DNA from: an uncultured Terracidiphilus sp.
Lineage (GTDB): Bacteria; Acidobacteriota; Terriglobia; Terriglobales; Acidobacteriaceae
Assembly: GCA_964532725.1 (NCBI GenBank)
Contig: CAZHKN010000001.1
Coordinates: 561 to 64,560, forward strand
Direction: 5' to 3'
DNA: 64,000 nucleotides
Below, in pieces: positions 9,334 through 19,211 of the stretch (positions within the stretch are counted from its first letter, which is position 1; each line of letters starts with the position of its first letter). The notes beneath the pieces are model-generated. The model searched no databases. It was not told where the DNA came from and saw only the letters and a program-made list of their open reading frames with translations. Both the position numbers and the translations under genes were made by a program.

Positions 9334-10610
9334 GCGATTATCTGGCGGTAGGCGGCGTAAGCGCGGTATTAAAGGCGTTGTTGAACACGGGACTCTCCGA
9401 GGGCGGGCCGGCTACGGTTCTGGTTTCGCCGCCGGGCATCACCAACAAGGCGCCGGACCTGATTGTCACCGGACCGGATGAGCCGGCGCAGCTCAATCTC
9501 TTCATGTATTACGCCAGCATCAATCCGGCGCTGCGCAACATGGGGCTGCCGTCGATGAATGCGAGCGGAGCTCAGTTGAGCAATCCGCCGCTGGCCATCA
9601 ATCTGCATTATCTGGTCACTGCGTATGGGGCCAATCCATTCGATCCGGAGATTCTGCTGGCTTTTGCGATGCAGGTCTTTCATAACACGCCGGTGGTGCC
9701 GCGCAGCGTAATTCAAACGGCATTGACGGCGCTCTCGACAGGCAGCCCCTCAACAGAGCAGCAGTTGATCTCAGCGAGCACGCTGGCTAACCAGATCGAG
9801 CACATCCGCATCACGCCCGAGGCGCTGACTACGGAAGAGATTTACCGCTTGTGGACGGCTTTCCAGACCAGCTACCGGCCCACCACTTCATACCAGGTAT
9901 CTGTCGTCGTGATTCAGGATACGAGCGGCTACCAGTCAAATCTTCCCGTGCAGAACCGTTCTCTCGTGGCGCTGCCTTCCATCGGCCCGGTGATCTCCGG
10001 CGTTTCACCGACAATGGTTGCGCCCGGCCAGATTCTCACCATCAACGGCAGCAACTTCCTCAGCGGCGCACCCTCGAATACGATGGTCTCCTTCGATGAA
10101 GGCGCGCCGGTTCCGGTCTCCACGGTACAAGGCAACTGCGTTCGCGTGATTGTGCCCAACACGCTGGAGGCGGGTATCTGCAATGTGCGGGTGATGGTCA
10201 ATGTCACTTTTCCGTCTTCGCCCACGCCGCATCCCTGCTTCGCCTCGAATCCGGTTCCCTTCCAGTTGATTCCGGTGATTCAGAAGCCGACTCCTACGCC
10301 GGTTCCTCCCGCGCCGCTCTATTCGGTCGCGCAGGGCGGAACACTTACCGTCACAGTCACGCCGCCGGTCGGCAACCAGCAAACTGTTGTGGTCTACATC
10401 GGCAATCAGGCGATCTTGCAGGCACAAGGGCCGCTTGGTCCGCCGAGCACTTCGACGACAGTTGCCGTCACCGTGCCAGCCACCATTGCCGTGGGAACTT
10501 ATGCGCTCCGTGTTGAGGTGGATGGCGCGCAAAGCCAACTGATGCAGGACATCACGGTTGGCAGCCCCACCTTTGGCCAGTGGCTGCCGCAAGTGGGGGT
10601 GATCGCATGA
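9330..10610 (+). CDS. DUF4255 / Pvc16-Afp16-like cap (tail terminator) with IPT/TIG-like domains
   Basis: MSDYLAVGGVSAVL...QLNLFMY...NPALRN...PPLAINLHYLVTAYG...EEIYRLWTAFQTSYRPTTSYQVSVVVI, then PVISGVSP...GQILTINGSNF (IPT-like). Confidence 0.85.
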   Translation: MSDYLAVGGVSAVLKALLNTGLSEGGPATVLVSPPGITNKAPDLIVTGPDEPAQLNLFMYYASINPALRNMGLPSMNASGAQLSNPPLAINLHYLVTAYGANPFDPEILLAFAMQVFHNTPVVPRSVIQTALTALSTGSPSTEQQLISASTLANQIEHIRITPEALTTEEIYRLWTAFQTSYRPTTSYQVSVVVIQDTSGYQSNLPVQNRSLVALPSIGPVISGVSPTMVAPGQILTINGSNFLSGAPSNTMVSFDEGAPVPVSTVQGNCVRVIVPNTLEAGICNVRVMVNVTFPSSPTPHPCFASNPVPFQLIPVIQKPTPTPVPPAPLYSVAQGGTLTVTVTPPVGNQQTVVVYIGNQAILQAQGPLGPPSTSTTVAVTVPATIAVGTYALRVEVDGAQSQLMQDITVGSPTFGQWLPQVGVIA

Positions 10611-12739
10611 TGATCGGCCAGGATCATGAGACCGTCCTCAACGAGTTGCAGTCTCCCGAGGTGTTTGCCCCGGCAGCGCTGGATCATGAAGCGCCGGAGT
10701 TGGAAGACGGCGAACCGCTTCGACCTTTCATTGTCGATTCAGCAGCCGGAAGCGCGGAGCAGCGGAACTCGGAGACGGACACCGGCGCTACCGATGCAAG
10801 CGAATCCACATCGCTGTGGAGGGAGCTGGAACGTGTCTACCGGAGGCTTGCAGGCCAGGGCGGCCAGAACGAGAATTTTGCCGCCGCGCAACAACCAGCG
10901 CTACCCGAGCACTGGAATCCTTTAGCCAAGCTGAGCTCACTTTTTGGCCTGAGCGATTTCGAGTTGGATATTCTGTTGCTCACGGCTGGCGCGGCGCTTG
11001 ATCGCCGCTTCAGCGCGGCCATCGCGGCAGTGCAACCGGAGTTACCTGTACCAACGCTCGGCATGGCGACCGCTGTCCTTGAAAATCCCCACTGGAGCGC
11101 GCTGAGCCGGATGCGTCCTTTGCGCTACTGGCGGCTGATCGAGATTGGACCCGGCCCGCTGCTGCAGGCGCCGGTCAGTATCGACGAAAGAATTCTGCAA
11201 TATTTGCTTGGCGTGCCGGCGACGGACGAACGTCTCGAGCTGGTCTTCAATGCTCTTGCGGAAGACGAGGAAGAAAACCTAGAAGCACACTCGAATGCAT
11301 GGAGCGCGGAGCTGCAGGAGGCGGCCACGCGCGGAGCGCTGCATTGGAGGCGGGCCTCGCATGGGCCAATTCTGTTGACTGGGAGCCGCGCCAGTGAACG
11401 CACAGCACTCTTCCGCGCCAGTTGCCGCATTGCCGGCCTTCACTCCTGGGTGCTGGATGCGGCGGATTTGCCGGAAGCTCCGACGGATCGCGAGCGGCTG
11501 GCCCGGGCCTTTACGCGCGAGGCCGCACTGTGGCCTGCGGCGCTGCTGATCAGGACAGACCGTCTGGAGTCCGCGCCAGTGCTCGACGCATGGTTGCGCC
11601 GCGTCACGGCGCCGGTAGCCGTGGATGTTGAAACCGGCGCGGCCGCAGAGCGGCTCAGCGGACAGCGCATCCCTGCGCCATCGCTTGGCTCCGCGGAGCG
11701 CAAGACGATCTGGCAACAGCGGCTCGGCCCGCTTGCCGAAGTCCTGGATGGCCACCTTGACTCAATCGTCGAGGCCTTTGCGCTGGACGCCAAAGAGATA
11801 CGCGAGACGGCAGAAGCAATCGAGGAGGATGCGCTGCTCCATGCCAACCGCGCGCCCAACAGCGTACGCGACGCGAACGATCTGGGCGCGGCGGCATGGA
11901 GGCTGGCGCGCACCTCGGCGCGGCGCTCGCTGGATGAGTTGGCGACGCATGTCGAGACCAGTTCCAATTGGCAGGATCTGGTTTTGCCCGAGGCGCAGAC
12001 CAGCATCCTGCGGCAGATTGCGGTTCATGCCCGTCATGCGTCGGTGGTGCATGGCGACTGGGGTTTTGGCGCGCTCTATGCGCGTGGCCTGGGGCTTTCC
12101 GCGTTGTTCTCGGGGCCAAGCGGCACCGGCAAGACAATGGCCGCCGGAGTGTTGGCGCGGGAACTTGACCGCGATCTTTATCAGATCGATCTGGCTACGG
12201 TTGTGAGCAAGTACATCGGCGAGACGGAGAAGCATCTGCGCAAGATCTTCGATGCAGCCGAGCGCAGCGGCGCGATTCTGCTCTTCGACGAGGCCGACGC
12301 GCTCTTCGGAAAGCGCAGCCAGGTGCGCGACAGCCACGACCGCTACGCCAACCTCGAAGTCAGTTATCTGTTGCAGCGCATGGAGTCCTATCGCGGCATC
12401 GCGATTTTGACGACGAACATGCAGAATGCGCTGGATACGGCCTTTCAGCGGCGTCTGCGCTTCGTGGTGCAGTTTCCGTTTCCCGATCCGCCGAGCCGCG
12501 AGCGCATCTGGCGCAAGGTCTTTCCCGCTGCCGCGCCTACGGAGAGCCTGGATTACGAGAAGCTGGCGCAACTCAACGTTACCGGCGGCGCGATTCGCAA
12601 CATTGCATTGCTCAGCGCTTTTCTTGCAGCGCATGAAGGGAGCGCGATCACTATGCGCCACATGCTGGAGGCCTCGCATACCGAATACGCCAAGCTCGAC
12701 AAACCGTTGTCTCCGGCTGAAACCAGGGGGTGGGCATGA
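10607..12739 (+). CDS. AAA+ ATPase (Afp15/Pvc15-like)
   Basis: Walker A GPSGTGKT, IDLATVVSKYIGETEK, Walker B LLFDEADALFGKRS, DRYANLEVSYLLQRME; N-terminal FGLSDFELDILLL winged-helix-type region. Confidence 0.95.
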   Translation: MMIGQDHETVLNELQSPEVFAPAALDHEAPELEDGEPLRPFIVDSAAGSAEQRNSETDTGATDASESTSLWRELERVYRRLAGQGGQNENFAAAQQPALPEHWNPLAKLSSLFGLSDFELDILLLTAGAALDRRFSAAIAAVQPELPVPTLGMATAVLENPHWSALSRMRPLRYWRLIEIGPGPLLQAPVSIDERILQYLLGVPATDERLELVFNALAEDEEENLEAHSNAWSAELQEAATRGALHWRRASHGPILLTGSRASERTALFRASCRIAGLHSWVLDAADLPEAPTDRERLARAFTREAALWPAALLIRTDRLESAPVLDAWLRRVTAPVAVDVETGAAAERLSGQRIPAPSLGSAERKTIWQQRLGPLAEVLDGHLDSIVEAFALDAKEIRETAEAIEEDALLHANRAPNSVRDANDLGAAAWRLARTSARRSLDELATHVETSSNWQDLVLPEAQTSILRQIAVHARHASVVHGDWGFGALYARGLGLSALFSGPSGTGKTMAAGVLARELDRDLYQIDLATVVSKYIGETEKHLRKIFDAAERSGAILLFDEADALFGKRSQVRDSHDRYANLEVSYLLQRMESYRGIAILTTNMQNALDTAFQRRLRFVVQFPFPDPPSRERIWRKVFPAAAPTESLDYEKLAQLNVTGGAIRNIALLSAFLAAHEGSAITMRHMLEASHTEYAKLDKPLSPAETRGWA

Positions 12740-13083
12740 AGGCTCTGCATCTGCACATCGACCGCATTGTGGTGGAGGGATTGTCCGAATCCGGCCAACG
12801 GCGCTTCGCCCGCGTGCTGGAATCGCAATTGCAGGCGTTGGCGGAGAGCGGCATTGCGGATCACTTCACGCGCAATACCCGCAAGCGCCTCCAGGCTTTG
12901 GATGTTGGACAACTGCGCGCTGGAGCAACTGCCGAGCAAGCTGCCGCGCAGGTGATTCGATCGATTCGTCAGAGCGTATTTGGCAAGGGACAAGCGGGGC
13001 AAACGGAACAAGCGGCGCGGCCTTCCGTTGCGGCATCTGCACCAATGAAGTCTGGCGGCGGGGAGGCGCGCACCCATGCCTAA
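12736..13083 (+). CDS. Small eCIS-associated hypothetical protein
   Basis: LHLHIDRIVVEGL N-terminus; ATGA overlap with the ATPase stop. Confidence 0.65.
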   Translation: MKALHLHIDRIVVEGLSESGQRRFARVLESQLQALAESGIADHFTRNTRKRLQALDVGQLRAGATAEQAAAQVIRSIRQSVFGKGQAGQTEQAARPSVAASAPMKSGGGEARTHA

Positions 13084-13675
13084 TGTCTCGCCATTGCTGA
13101 TGAAGGGCGCGATTCTGGTGCTGGAGCCGAATACCGGCATCCCGCTCTACACGATCAATCTGCAATACAACCCGGAAAACATTCGCCGCAGCCTGCAGCC
13201 GCAGAGCGTCGGCGATCAGCCGGACCGCACGGAAGTGCTGCGCCTGAAAGGCCCGCCGATCGAGACGATTCACTGCGATGTGGAGATTGACGCGACCGAT
13301 CAGTTAGCCGCGGGCGACGCGGCAACGATGAACTTCGGCATCGCTCCGCAGCTTTCAACATTGGAGTTGCTGGTCTATCCAACCAGCGCTGTGCTGATTG
13401 CGAACGAGGTGTTGTCGGTGGTCGGCACCATCGAGATTCTGCCCATGTCGTCGAACCTGACGCTCTTTGCCTGGGGAGCGAATCGCGTATCGCCGGTGCG
13501 ACTCACGGGTATCGAGATTACCGAGGACGAGTTCGATCCGCAATTGAATCCGATCCGCGCCAAGGTCTCGTTGTCAATGCGCGTGTTGAATGTCAACGAT
13601 GTCGGCTTCCTGACTCCGGCGGGCGCGATGTACATGGCATATCAGATGGGCAAGGAAACGATGTCGCAGCAGTAA
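13076..13675 (+). CDS. Tube-initiator-like protein (Afp7/Pvc7 N-terminal, CIS tube family)
   Basis: LQYNPENIRRSL...PIETI...DATDQL...LFAWGANRVSPVRLTGIEITEDEFDPQLNPIRAKVSLSMRVL. Confidence 0.8.
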   Translation: MPNVSPLLMKGAILVLEPNTGIPLYTINLQYNPENIRRSLQPQSVGDQPDRTEVLRLKGPPIETIHCDVEIDATDQLAAGDAATMNFGIAPQLSTLELLVYPTSAVLIANEVLSVVGTIEILPMSSNLTLFAWGANRVSPVRLTGIEITEDEFDPQLNPIRAKVSLSMRVLNVNDVGFLTPAGAMYMAYQMGKETMSQQ

Positions 13676-13716
13676 CGGTTTGCGGTCTCAAGTCACTCTG
13701 AGCAGGAAGGGATTGT

Positions 13717-14082
13717 ATGGATAACGCACTCTCGGCATTGGTTCAATCAGGGGTCGGAACGGGCGCGCCCACCAATCCCAGCAGCCGTTACTACGGAACC
13801 GGGACAGAGCAATACACGATGCCGAATGGAACGGTGGTTTCGTATCTTTCACGGCGCATTATTCCTCCGACGAGTGTTTACACCAAGACGCAGAACTACA
13901 GCGTGGTGGTTGGCGACAGGCTCGACAATCTGGCCGCGCGCTTCCTCGGCGATCCGATCCTCTTCTGGATGATTGCCGATGCGAATGGCGCGGAGAATCC
14001 CGACGATCTGACTGCGACGCCCGGTACGGTGATTCAGATACCGCTGGTGAGCGGCATTCCCGCAGGAGCGCGCAATGGTTAG
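13717..14082 (+). CDS. LysM-domain baseplate protein (P2 gpX-like; C-terminal half of a split Afp7)
   Basis: SRYY...YLSRRIIP...YSVVVGDRLDNLAARFLGDPILFWMIADAN...PGTVIQIP. Confidence 0.88.
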   Translation: MDNALSALVQSGVGTGAPTNPSSRYYGTGTEQYTMPNGTVVSYLSRRIIPPTSVYTKTQNYSVVVGDRLDNLAARFLGDPILFWMIADANGAENPDDLTATPGTVIQIPLVSGIPAGARNG

Positions 14083-15211
14083 TCCGCTTTATCTGACGTT
14101 GCTGATCGGGCCGATGGAGCCTCTGCCGGCGCCGAAGCCGCTTGCGGACGCGCTTGTCTCCGTGAAGGTTGACGAGAGCGCGACGGGGCAGAGCGGCTTT
14201 GAGCTGGTTTTTACCCTGGCGGACAAAGGGATTCTGGAAACATTCTTTCTGCTTGCCGGCGGCGCGCCGCTGCCCATCATTCGCGTGGTTCTGCTGGCGA
14301 CATTTCCCGGCATTCCGCAAGTGCTCATCGACGGTGTTGTTCAGCATACCGAGGTGCATCCCGATGCAATGACCGGCTCGTCCAAGCTGGTTGTAAAAGG
14401 CAAGGACCTGACCGCGCTGATGGATCTGTTCGACTTGAGCGGCCTGCCCTATCCGGGGATGACCTCTGACCTGCGCGCGCTTGTGATCCTGGCTAAATAT
14501 GCGATGTTCGGCGTTGTGCCGGAAGTGATTCCAGTGCCCGCGCCGGATATACCGATTCCGCTGCTGACCATCCACTCGCAGAAGAAGACCGATTACGTCT
14601 ACCTGAAGCACCTTGCCGAAGAAGTCGGTTATGTCTTTTATATGATCCCCGGCCCGTTCCCAGGACAGAGCCAGGCCTATTGGGGACCGCAGGTGCGCAT
14701 CGGGATGCCGCAGACCGCGCTGTGCGTGAATCTGGATACGTGGACCAATGTAGAGAGCCTGAATTTCAGCTATGCGCCGGAGACGGCAGTGCTGCCGATC
14801 GTCTTGATTCAGGACCCGATCACCAAGGTTCCGATTCCGATTCCGATTCCGCCCGTGACGCCGTTCAGTCCGCCGCTGGGCGCGGCCATCATGCCGCCGC
14901 AGACCACCAAGTGGCTGACCGGTACAGCCAACAAGAATCCGGCGATTGCGCTGATGCTGGGCTTTGCCAAGGTGACGGAGACCTGCGATACCGTAACCGG
15001 CGAAGGAACGCTGGATGTGATGCGCTATGGGCAGCCGCTGCGGGCGCGTAGCCTGGTGGGCGTGCGCGGCGCGGGCATTGCATTTGACGGAATGCATTTT
15101 GTGGACCAGGTCACGCACAACATCAAGCCAGGTGAGTACAAACAGAGTTTTGTATTGAAGCGCAACGCGCTGGTTTCAAACACACCGGTGGTGCCAACGC
15201 TGCCGTTCTGA
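14075..15211 (+). CDS. Baseplate hub (gp27/VgrG N-terminal-like; Afp8 hub part)
   Basis: GQSGFELVF...LIDGVV...KGKDLTALMD...TDYVYLKHLAEEVGYVFY...AYWGP...GTLDVMRYG...VGVRGAG...VTHNI; lies between the LysM and spike genes. Confidence 0.8.
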   Translation: MVSPLYLTLLIGPMEPLPAPKPLADALVSVKVDESATGQSGFELVFTLADKGILETFFLLAGGAPLPIIRVVLLATFPGIPQVLIDGVVQHTEVHPDAMTGSSKLVVKGKDLTALMDLFDLSGLPYPGMTSDLRALVILAKYAMFGVVPEVIPVPAPDIPIPLLTIHSQKKTDYVYLKHLAEEVGYVFYMIPGPFPGQSQAYWGPQVRIGMPQTALCVNLDTWTNVESLNFSYAPETAVLPIVLIQDPITKVPIPIPIPPVTPFSPPLGAAIMPPQTTKWLTGTANKNPAIALMLGFAKVTETCDTVTGEGTLDVMRYGQPLRARSLVGVRGAGIAFDGMHFVDQVTHNIKPGEYKQSFVLKRNALVSNTPVVPTLPF

Positions 15212-15270
15212 ATTGCAGCGAGTCAGCGGGTTAGCGAAAGACCGGCGAGGGAATCGAGAGAGGGCGCAAC

Positions 15271-15780
15271 GTGAAAGGCGAGCATTACGGTAAATTTCGC
15301 GGAACGGTGATCGACAACGTCGATCCGATGTTGATTGGGCGCTTGATGGTGATGGTGCCGGACGTATCGAATGTGATTCCGTCCACATGGGCGATGCCTT
15401 GCTTCCCTTTTGCCGGAATACAGAATGGTTTTTTTGCCGTGCCGGAGATTGGTTCCGGTGTCTGGGTGGAGTACGAACAGGGCGATCCAGATTATCCGAT
15501 CTGGTCGGGCTGCTTTTTTGGCACAGTGGCGGAGGTGCCCGCATTAGCTCTGGCTACGCCACCGGGATTGCAGGGCATTGTGATTCAGACAGTAGGACAA
15601 AACACGCTGATGATCAGCGATACGCCAGGACCGACAGGCGGATTCCTGTTGAAGACAACAGCAGGAGCGATGCTCTCGATCTCGGATACCGGGATCATCA
15701 TCAGCAACGGGCAAGGGGCTTCGATTCTGATGGAAGGCCCCTCGATCACCATCAACGAAGGCGCGCTGGAGATTATCTGA
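15271..15780 (+). CDS. Spike protein (gp5 OB-fold / baseplate assembly protein V)
   Basis: YGKFRGTVIDNVDP...GRLMVMVPDV...WAMPCFPFAG...PEIGSGVWVEYEQGDPDYPIWSGCF with a short beta-helix C-terminus; GTG start. Confidence 0.93.
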   Translation: MKGEHYGKFRGTVIDNVDPMLIGRLMVMVPDVSNVIPSTWAMPCFPFAGIQNGFFAVPEIGSGVWVEYEQGDPDYPIWSGCFFGTVAEVPALALATPPGLQGIVIQTVGQNTLMISDTPGPTGGFLLKTTAGAMLSISDTGIIISNGQGASILMEGPSITINEGALEII

Positions 15781-16097
15781 TGGCTGGATTTTTGTTGCAT
15801 CAAGGAGCGGTCGTGATGTGCGCGCATGGCGGGCAGGCAATGCCGACTGTGCCGAATCCCCGGGTGCTGGTGATGGGGATGCCGACGGCGACGATCAGCG
15901 GTCCGTGGGTAGTTGCGGGTTGCCCGCTGGTTCCTCCGCCACTGCCGCCCTGCGTTACCGGCCAGTGGATGCTGGGGACGCTGCGGGTCACATCCCTGGG
16001 CCAGCCGTTGACAGTGCAATCGGGCGCCGCAGTTACCATGCCGGGCGGCGGAACGCTGCTGCCTGTGACGATGCAGACCCGCGTACAGGCCATGTGA
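15780..16097 (+). CDS. PAAR-like / DUF4280-like spike tip (Afp10-like)
   Basis: MAGFLLHQGAVVMCAHGG...VAGCP...PCVTGQW...GQPL...QTRVQAM. This is the 3' part of track ORF 15387-16097; the ATG overlaps the spike stop. Confidence 0.82.
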   Translation: MAGFLLHQGAVVMCAHGGQAMPTVPNPRVLVMGMPTATISGPWVVAGCPLVPPPLPPCVTGQWMLGTLRVTSLGQPLTVQSGAAVTMPGGGTLLPVTMQTRVQAM

Positions 16098-16104
16098 GGA
16101 AACG

Positions 16105-16470
16105 ATGAATCTTGCTTTTCCATTTTCGTTTGACACCACGGGCCGCACCGCGCAGGACGCGCTGGCCGATCATGTGAACGACATGATCGAGCTGATCCTG
16201 TTTACCTCGCCCGGCGAGCGCGTGAACCTGCCCACCTTCGGCAGCGGCACATCTCAACTTGTCTTTGCGCCCAACAGCGATGTGCTGGCCGCCGCGCAGC
16301 AGCAGGCGATTCAGGCCGGATTGCAGAACTGGCTCTCTGACCTGATCCGCGTGAATTCAGTGCAGGTGGTCACGCAGGATTCAACTTTACAGGTCACCGT
16401 GGTTTACACGCTGGTCTCGAATCAGCAGCAACAGTCGCAGCAGTTTCTCTATGGAGGGCCGACCCAATGA
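16105..16470 (+). CDS. Baseplate wedge protein gp25/GPW (Afp9-like)
   Basis: LAFPF...GRTA...MIELILFTSPGERVNLPTFGSG...LVFAPN. Confidence 0.93.
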   Translation: MNLAFPFSFDTTGRTAQDALADHVNDMIELILFTSPGERVNLPTFGSGTSQLVFAPNSDVLAAAQQQAIQAGLQNWLSDLIRVNSVQVVTQDSTLQVTVVYTLVSNQQQQSQQFLYGGPTQ

Positions 16471-19211
16471 TCGCCTTCTGCACCGACCAGCAGCGCCGCA
16501 ATCTACTGCTGCAAACGCCCGGGATCAATGGGCTGGATTATCTCGAGGTCCTTGGCCCGGTCCAGGGCTGCGGGAATCAGCTCGCGCTGACCTTCCTGAA
16601 AGACGCGCGAGCACTTGTGCTGACGCCGGCGAATATCCTGCTGACCGGTGACACAGCGATCGAAGTCGGAGCGGTTCAGCTGGCCACCAACCAGGATCCG
16701 CTCACCATTCTTGTTGACCTCAACGGCAGCGGAGACTTTTCTCCCTACACGCTGACATTGGTCAACAGCACGGCCAACCTCGCTCCTTCGGGATTCAATG
16801 ACCCGCCGGCGGGTATCGACTCGCAACTCAACACCGCGACCTTCTCGTTCAAAGCGTCGTGCCCCACGCCGGTCGATTGCCAGACGGCGCAGTGCTGCCC
16901 GTCCAATCTGGCAACGCCGCCGGATATACATTACCTCGCCCGCGACTTCGCCAGCATTCGCCAGGCGATGCTGGACCGCATCTCTGTGCTTGTTCCCACC
17001 TGGACGGAGACACACGAATCCGATCCGGGAATCACGCTTGTCGAGGCGCTGGCCTATGCGGCGGATCGTATCAGCTATCTGCAGGACGCGATCAACACCG
17101 AGGCGTATATCGGCACCGCGCGCAGCCGCATCTCGCTGCGCCGCCACGCCCGGTTAGTCGATTATTTTGTCGGCGAAGGCGCGAACGCGCGCGCCTGGGT
17201 TTGCCTCGCGGCCAGCAGCACAGTCACTGTGCCTTCGGGGACGCAATTCTATCCGCTGGTTCCCGGAGTCGCCGCGTCGATTGATCCGGTGCTTGATGGC
17301 TATCATGCGTCATTGCTCGAGGCCAGCCCCGGTCCGGTCTTCGAGAGCATGGAAGCGATCAAGATCTACCCCGAGCAGAACAGCATGCCGTTTTATACCT
17401 GGGGCGATGATAGTTGCTGTCTGCCGGTGGGCACCACCCAGGCCACTCTGGCTGGCGCTTTTACCTCGCTTGTCGCCGGCCAGGTTCTGATCTTCGAAGA
17501 GGCGCTCGGCCCGGTCACCGGCGAGCCCGCCGACGCCGATCCCACGCATCGTTGGGCGGTGCGGCTTACTTATGCATCGACGACAGATCAATCCGGCAGC
17601 GCTCTGGTTGATCCGGTGAATTCTACAGCCCAGCTCACCAACATCGCATGGAACGCCGCCGACGCGTTGCCGTTTCCGCTGTGCATTGCGGCAGTTACCA
17701 GCGCAGGTGTTCCCACGGTGGGCGTCTCGGTGGCGCTTGGCAATGTGGTTCCCGCCGATCAGGGAACATGGACGGAGAATGAGCCGATCGGCCAGGTTCC
17801 GCCCGCGCCTCCTACGCCCGTTGCAGGCGTAGGCTGTAATTGCTCCACGGTAACTGGAGCGGCGGCGCCGCGTCCCCGCTTTGAGCCTGTGCTGGCGAAT
17901 CAGCCGCTCACTTTTGCCGTTCCTTTCTATCCGACGGTGAGCGTTACGAGCGTGACATTGACCGGCACGGTGGCGCAGATCACGGCGGTAAATACCTGCG
18001 TTGCGGGTGAAGTGGGAATCTTTGCCGGGCTAACGGGCGGCGATTGCGTGTTCTTGAACGGGCAATTGTTGACTGTGCTGTCCACAGGCCTGACGACCAG
18101 CGTATTTCAGGTTCCCTTCACAGGCGTGGCGGGCGGGCCTTACGCGCAGAAGAGCGGTACATTTTCACCGCTCAGCGCTCAGCAAGCGGCAAACCCTCCA
18201 CTTCTGCTTCCGCCCTCGGCATCGAGCTTCCTCGCGCCGGATACTTCCACCGCGACGCCGCAGATCACCGTAGCCAGCGACGACGGCAACAACTGGGGCC
18301 CCGTGGAAGATCTGCTCAGCGAGGTTCAGGGCAGCCAAGGCTTTACTTCGTTCATCCCGGAGATCGAGTGGGACGGAACCGCGCATCTGCGCTTTGGCGA
18401 TGGAACCTATGGCGCGGCTCCGAACGCGGGGGCCAACTTTACGGCAACCTACCGCACGGGCAACGGCTCGGCGGGCAATGTGGGCCGCGAGGCGCTGGCG
18501 CACTGCCTCTTTCAGGGGCCGGGAATCACGGGCGTGCGCAATCCACTGGCTGCCGCCGGCGGCGTTGACGCGGAGACGATGCAGCACATTGTGCAGGTAG
18601 CGCCGTTTGCCTTCCAAAGCCAGATGCGCTGCGTCACCGCGGCGGATTACGGCGCAATTGCCGCGACACTGCCGGGCGTCAGCGAGGCGCAGGGGACTCT
18701 GCGCTGGACCGGCTCCTGGTACTCGGCCTTTGTCAGCATCGACCCCACAGTCCCTGGAACCGACCTCACCTCGGAGGTAGAAACCAGCCTGGAGATGCTG
18801 CGCATGATGGGCACCGACCTGGTGGTGGAGAAGGCGATCTTCGTCGGCATCCGCATTGAACTGGAGATCTGTGTGTCGCCGAGCTTCTTCCCGGCGGATG
18901 TTTACGCTGCTGTCTGGAAGTTGCTGGTCACGGGCGATAGTTGCACCGGCACGCCAGGGATGCTGAATGCCGCGAATTTCCAGTTTGGCCAGACTGTTTA
19001 TGCCAGCCCGATTTTTGCCGCCGCGCAACAGGTGATCGGCGTTGCGGCAGTTACGCTGCTGACTTTTGAGCGCATGGACCGGCCCACGCCAGCCGGAACC
19101 GCGCCTCCGACTCAACTCTTAATGGGCGCAACAGAGATTCCACGCTGCGACAACGACCCCAACCACGCCGATCACGGCCTGCTGGTGCTGACTATGGATG
19201 GTGGCAAATGA
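16467..19211 (+). CDS. Baseplate J-like protein (Afp11-like)
   Basis: NGLDYLEV, IHYLARDFASIRQAMLD, DPGITLVEALAY, QDAINTEAYIGTARSRISLRRHARLVDY, LRFGDG, YRTGNGSAGNV, RCVTAADY. Confidence 0.9.
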   Translation: MIAFCTDQQRRNLLLQTPGINGLDYLEVLGPVQGCGNQLALTFLKDARALVLTPANILLTGDTAIEVGAVQLATNQDPLTILVDLNGSGDFSPYTLTLVNSTANLAPSGFNDPPAGIDSQLNTATFSFKASCPTPVDCQTAQCCPSNLATPPDIHYLARDFASIRQAMLDRISVLVPTWTETHESDPGITLVEALAYAADRISYLQDAINTEAYIGTARSRISLRRHARLVDYFVGEGANARAWVCLAASSTVTVPSGTQFYPLVPGVAASIDPVLDGYHASLLEASPGPVFESMEAIKIYPEQNSMPFYTWGDDSCCLPVGTTQATLAGAFTSLVAGQVLIFEEALGPVTGEPADADPTHRWAVRLTYASTTDQSGSALVDPVNSTAQLTNIAWNAADALPFPLCIAAVTSAGVPTVGVSVALGNVVPADQGTWTENEPIGQVPPAPPTPVAGVGCNCSTVTGAAAPRPRFEPVLANQPLTFAVPFYPTVSVTSVTLTGTVAQITAVNTCVAGEVGIFAGLTGGDCVFLNGQLLTVLSTGLTTSVFQVPFTGVAGGPYAQKSGTFSPLSAQQAANPPLLLPPSASSFLAPDTSTATPQITVASDDGNNWGPVEDLLSEVQGSQGFTSFIPEIEWDGTAHLRFGDGTYGAAPNAGANFTATYRTGNGSAGNVGREALAHCLFQGPGITGVRNPLAAAGGVDAETMQHIVQVAPFAFQSQMRCVTAADYGAIAATLPGVSEAQGTLRWTGSWYSAFVSIDPTVPGTDLTSEVETSLEMLRMMGTDLVVEKAIFVGIRIELEICVSPSFFPADVYAAVWKLLVTGDSCTGTPGMLNAANFQFGQTVYASPIFAAAQQVIGVAAVTLLTFERMDRPTPAGTAPPTQLLMGATEIPRCDNDPNHADHGLLVLTMDGGK

